Of a stretch of DNA of 64,000 nucleotides, positions 60,612 through 64,000 are shown one piece after another. The stretch spans positions 32,001 through 96,000 of the forward strand of contig CAYFHS010000010.1 of assembly GCA_964342815.1 (NCBI GenBank), written 5' to 3'. Each line of letters starts with the position of its first letter. The first letter of the stretch is position 1. The stretch is from an uncultured archaeon (GTDB taxonomy: Archaea > Thermoplasmatota > Penumbrarchaeia > JASLWR01). A program made the translations under genes and the position numbers. The notes below the pieces were generated by a model. It was not told where the DNA came from, did not search any database, and saw only the letters and a program-made list of their open reading frames with translations.

Positions 60612-60692
60612 TTACTTCTTTTTCTTCCAGCCCAATATTGCAGCACAAATACCTAACGCCACCATTGCTCCGAGAAGCTCGAAACCAGAATC
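60612..60692 (-). pseudogene. Orphan C-terminal sorting-signal fragment DSGFELLGAMVALGICAAILGWKKKK (PGF-CTERM-like)
   Basis: Manual translation; motif + TM + basic cluster + TAA; an in-frame TGA lies immediately upstream. Confidence 0.55.
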
Positions 60693-60779
60693 TCAGGTTC
60701 AATTCAATGCCGAAGTTGGATCATTAAATCAGCAGATTTGTGCTTCTGACAAACTTTCGAAAGAGAGCCTCAAATCGGC

Positions 60780-61013
60780 TTATGCCGAAACCTCTATCTT
60801 CTCTCTTAAAACCACGAATTCGGCTGTCGAAGTGGGCTCTGGCACGGGTATTCCGTCTTCAACAAACCCATCAATATGCATCTCGACTGCCTCATACATA
60901 TTTTGCTCAGCTTCTTCGTATGTCTCACCCGTTGCGACACAACCCGGCAGGTCTGGAGAATAGGCGGAATAATTGCCATTCGCCCTTTCGATGACTATGA
61001 GAAATCGATACAT
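60780..61013 (-). CDS. hicB: HicB-family antitoxin (short)
   Basis: YSAYSPDLPGCVATGETYEEAEQNMYEAV. Confidence 0.9.
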   Translation of the reverse strand: MYRFLIVIERANGNYSAYSPDLPGCVATGETYEEAEQNMYEAVEMHIDGFVEDGIPVPEPTSTAEFVVLREKIEVSA

Positions 61014-61019
61014 ATGCGT

Positions 61020-61214
61020 TCACTCCTTTTTCTTGATTCGAGCTTGTTTAAGGATGCTGTTCAATGTTCCCGGAGCCAACGTATGGCCAGGGTGACCTGC
61101 AATGGTTACCCGGCCAATTTTCTCCGGATGTTTATATTGCCGATGACTCCCTTTCTGGGTGATCATATACCATCCATCCTTTTCAATAAGTTTTATAATC
61201 TCTCGAATCTTCAT
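61020..61214 (-). CDS. hicA: HicA-family toxin (intact)
   Basis: LIEKDGW...QKGSHRQYKHP...GTLNSILKQA. Confidence 0.92.
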   Translation of the reverse strand: MKIREIIKLIEKDGWYMITQKGSHRQYKHPEKIGRVTIAGHPGHTLAPGTLNSILKQARIKKKE

Positions 61215-61572
61215 ATTGGTGAATATAATAACTCCTACACTTATTAATAATTGTTGTTCAATTCATCTGTATATTGTCAATTGGGTAAATCTCGACGACT
61301 CTTACGGCTCCCATTTCATCTTGAAACATCTGTTTCTATTTCTACCGGGACGTTACCCGTCAGGCTCCGGCTTATTGTATCGATACGTCTGAGTCCTCGC
61401 AAACCTTTGGTTTCCAGCGGGCTCATCGGACTTGCCCGCATATGAGGGGTTAATATTCGAATTATGGTGACAAACCCGGTGTTGTGGAAGTTAGAATAAC
61501 TCTTCCCAAATGGCTAATTGAAAAGAAGAAACGATATGCAGAAAATACAATGAAATTGGAGGCTGTGCGAAC

Positions 61573-61815
61573 ATGATCGGTCCGGAGATCCATGGAAGAT
61601 TTCTCCGAGAGCTATCCGGAGAATTTGGAAAACACGGCCTATAGGTTCTGGTGCTTGGTAGTTCTGCTTCCTTGATCTTACTTGGAAAAGCTCGGAGAAT
61701 GACCAAAGATATTGTTGTTCATTAGAATCTACTAAAACACTTGAAACGGGGTTTTTTAGGCGATTTTCTAATAAAACTTTCGAATAAAATTAGCGGGGCC
61801 CCAAGGAATAATTGA
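61573..61815 (+). pseudogene. Decayed gene, nucleotidyltransferase-like N-terminus (two in-frame TAGs at 61642 and 61723)
   Basis: GGAGG SD and ATGA overlap with an upstream fragment; GL*VLVLGSSASLILLGKARRMTKDIVV resembles the GG.A..l.g..R.TkDiD motif with the last Asp lost. Confidence 0.35.
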
Positions 61816-61937
61816 GCCTCTCAACTGCCAAAGCTAGGATATGGTACCACGAGTTTATATACAAGATACCTGTTTTCCCGCCCTTCGCAATGTTGGAAAA
61901 TATTCAATAATATAATATTAATAAGAGGAATAATAAG

Positions 61938-63173
61938 ATGAACTCATTTGAAAATTTTGGCTTCAGCCGGCAACTGTCCGGAGCCATTAAACGATTAGGA
62001 TTTTCTACTCCTACGCACATACAACAGAGATCGATACCACTGATCCTGGACGGAAACGATGTAATTGGCGAATCGGCAACTGGCTCAGGTAAAACACTTG
62101 CCTTCGGCTGTCCCATTATTGAAAATATTATCCCGAAAAAGGGAATTCAGGCTCTCATTCTGACTCCTACTCGAGAACTGGCGGAGCAGGTGAAAAATGC
62201 CATAATTGCTATAACGAGCAACAGAAAAGTGCATATCAATGCAGTCTACGGCGGGGTCTCCATAGGCAATCAGATAAAGCTATTGAAAAGAACTGATGTG
62301 GTGGTTGCCACACCCGGGAGGTTACTGGACCATATTGGTCGTGGAACCTGCGATCTCTCTCGTATAAAGACACTGGTTCTGGATGAGGCGGACCGCATGC
62401 TGGATATGGGTTTTATTCACGATGTTGAAAAGATCATAAAGTTTTGTCCGTCAGATCGGCAGACATTGTTCTTTTCCGCCACCATATCGTCAGAGATAAA
62501 AAAGCTTGCGGATAAACACATGAAAGAGCCCACCCAGGTCATGGCCGAGAAAATGGTGGACCCGGACAAGCTGGAGCAGTTTTACTTCAATGTCAGTAAA
62601 AAGATGAAAATATCGCTTTTATCACATTTATTGAAAAAAGAGAAATCGGATCTTGCAATGGTATTTTGCAATACGCGCCGGATGACCGATATGGTTTCGA
62701 GAAATCTGAAGGCCGACGGTAACAGAGCCATCGCCATTCACGGCGGCCTTACACAGAGCCAACGGACCAAGACCATCACTCAGTTCAACAACTCAAAGTC
62801 AAGCATCCTGGTCTGCACTGATATTGCAGCGAGGGGATTGGACATCGAGAATGTGTCTCACGTATACAATTACGATATGCCTCCCGTTCCCAACGATTAC
62901 GTGCACCGGATCGGCAGGACTGCCCGGGCAGGCGAACGGGGAAAGGTCATCAATCTTCTGACCAATTTTGACCGCCAGTATTTCTCGCGGATCGTGGCCA
63001 AGTATCCATCCTTCGCCATCGAGCAAGTGGATCTGCCAGAGGTAAAAAAGGTGAATGTTACAGCTGCCGAAAAATTCCGAAGACCAAAATCAAAACCAAA
63101 ACGGTTTACACATGGCGCTAAAAAAAAGCCTTGGAACAAGAGGCGCAGGCCCCGTAAGGCACGAAATAATTGA
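61938..63173 (+). CDS. DEAD-box RNA helicase (CshA/DeaD-like)
   Basis: Q motif, SATGSGKT, PTRELA, TPGRLLD, DEAD, SAT, ARGLDI, HRIGRTAR; basic tail. Confidence 0.96.
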   Translation: MNSFENFGFSRQLSGAIKRLGFSTPTHIQQRSIPLILDGNDVIGESATGSGKTLAFGCPIIENIIPKKGIQALILTPTRELAEQVKNAIIAITSNRKVHINAVYGGVSIGNQIKLLKRTDVVVATPGRLLDHIGRGTCDLSRIKTLVLDEADRMLDMGFIHDVEKIIKFCPSDRQTLFFSATISSEIKKLADKHMKEPTQVMAEKMVDPDKLEQFYFNVSKKMKISLLSHLLKKEKSDLAMVFCNTRRMTDMVSRNLKADGNRAIAIHGGLTQSQRTKTITQFNNSKSSILVCTDIAARGLDIENVSHVYNYDMPPVPNDYVHRIGRTARAGERGKVINLLTNFDRQYFSRIVAKYPSFAIEQVDLPEVKKVNVTAAEKFRRPKSKPKRFTHGAKKKPWNKRRRPRKARNN

Positions 63174-63188
63174 ATTCAATTCAGAATC

Positions 63189-63683
63189 TCAAATCTTGGG
63201 AATCGCTCCGGCGAATCCCATGTCAGTTCCATCATCATTGCTTATGGGAATCAGGCTCGCCAGATTCTTATCCACGTCTATGACGTACATTACCGCAAGA
63301 ATTCCAACGCACAGACCGATAACGGACCTCAATTCGATCAGTGGAAATATAATATCGCGGATGTACTTTCTGCCCTTAATATTCTGCGTGGTATCTAGAT
63401 ATTTTCTCAATGCGCCCCTCATGGTTTTCAGTATTCCCGCAGTCCTATCGTCGATTTCTGGATCGGCTAGCAGTTCTGTGATCTTTCTCCGGATTTCCAC
63501 CACGATCTCCTCAATCCCAGGTGGGGCTTCCACCTTGAACGGTTTGTAGAGTGGCGGATGCACTTCCAAAAATCTGATAAAATCCCGGATCATAATTTTA
63601 TCACTTTGTTTTGGCTTCCAATCTTCCATTGATCCGTAAAATTCCAGACCCCTGATATTTTTCAGCATCATTCGATCATTCAT
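63189..63683 (-). CDS. Hypothetical protein (possible DUF6650-like)
   Basis: Pattern FLEVHPPLY.P...E...EIRRKIT..L...MRGALRKYLD is recalled as DUF6650-like; unverified. Confidence 0.55.
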   Translation of the reverse strand: MNDRMMLKNIRGLEFYGSMEDWKPKQSDKIMIRDFIRFLEVHPPLYKPFKVEAPPGIEEIVVEIRRKITELLADPEIDDRTAGILKTMRGALRKYLDTTQNIKGRKYIRDIIFPLIELRSVIGLCVGILAVMYVIDVDKNLASLIPISNDDGTDMGFAGAIPKI

Positions 63684-63864
63684 AGCTCAGACCTTCCGGG
63701 GAATTTTATCCAACAGCAATTGGTCATATCTTATATTTAAACTTAGAGAAAGAAATTAACTGTTTCGTTGCTCGTATGGTGGTAATGTTTATATTATTAC
63801 GAAATTATATTCACCCGATATTTCAGATGAAAGGTTTTATACCTGCCTGGCTGTTAGCTTAGCA

Positions 63865-64000
63865 ATGAGCGATGTACTTGAGATCGAATATAAAGTAAGT
63901 TCCGGGAAGATCGTTAAAAGAATTACTTACTTTGTTGTGATTTTATTTATTTTTATTGGGGTGGGAACATCTGCTTTGATTTACTTTTTTGAGGGATTTG
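63865..64000 (+). CDS. 5' part of a membrane protein (possibly a K+ channel TM1), truncated by the window edge
   Basis: Manual translation MSDVLEIEYKVSSGKIVKRITYFVVILFIFIGVGTSALIYFFEGF, open to the end of the window. Confidence 0.45.
   Translation, partial: MSDVLEIEYKVSSGKIVKRITYFVVILFIFIGVGTSALIYFFEGF

Noticed and set aside
59262-60778. 10-bp direct repeat CTCAAATCGG flanking the first hicBA and 4Fe-4S genes (59262, 60769)
   Set aside because: Many 10-mer matches are expected by chance in 64 kb, and no recombinase is nearby.
1-64000. Complete genome-wide reassignment of TAG to an amino acid
   Set aside because: TAG ends PAC2 exactly at its HbYX motif, ends paralog C at the same position where paralogs end in TAA/TGA, and ends scpA just before the scpB SD. 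Only ambiguous or conditional readthrough remains possible.

Overview
Archaeal DNA, most likely an uncultivated Thermoplasmatota (inference from the SecE/PAC2/ScpAB protein types, GGTGA/GGAGG Shine-Dalgarno motifs and BRE-TATA promoters). The left end is housekeeping (ftsZ-secE-spt5, GT4 glycosyltransferase, DUF47, PAC2 chaperone, scpAB). The right end has an NADH oxidase/CoA-disulfide reductase, two hicAB modules, a 4Fe-4S protein, gene remnants and a DEAD-box helicase. Between them lies a ~53 kb region dominated by cell-surface genes. It holds a double FG-GAP (integrin-alpha-like) propeller protein and a solitary phage-type contractile tail-sheath gene flanked by a Fic-like and an SNase-like gene. 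Its core is a head-to-tail array of seven paralogous ~1360-1550 aa single-pass membrane proteins (17030-47681). These share a conserved stalk and cytoplasmic motifs but carry interchangeable N-terminal tip domains of five different types. Stalk and tip relationships are incongruent, which points to domain swapping. One paralog has an in-frame G10 tract, one is split by an amber codon and one by a homopolymer frameshift, which suggests ON/OFF variation. A membrane-anchored C25 (gingipain-like) protease gene lies two genes beyond the array, on the opposite strand. All three in-frame stops inside otherwise intact genes are TAG (7133, 41498, 59773), although TAG is also a real stop in this window. 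No rRNA, tRNA, CRISPR array, integrase, transposase or reverse transcriptase was recognised. All family assignments are by eye; no database searches were run.
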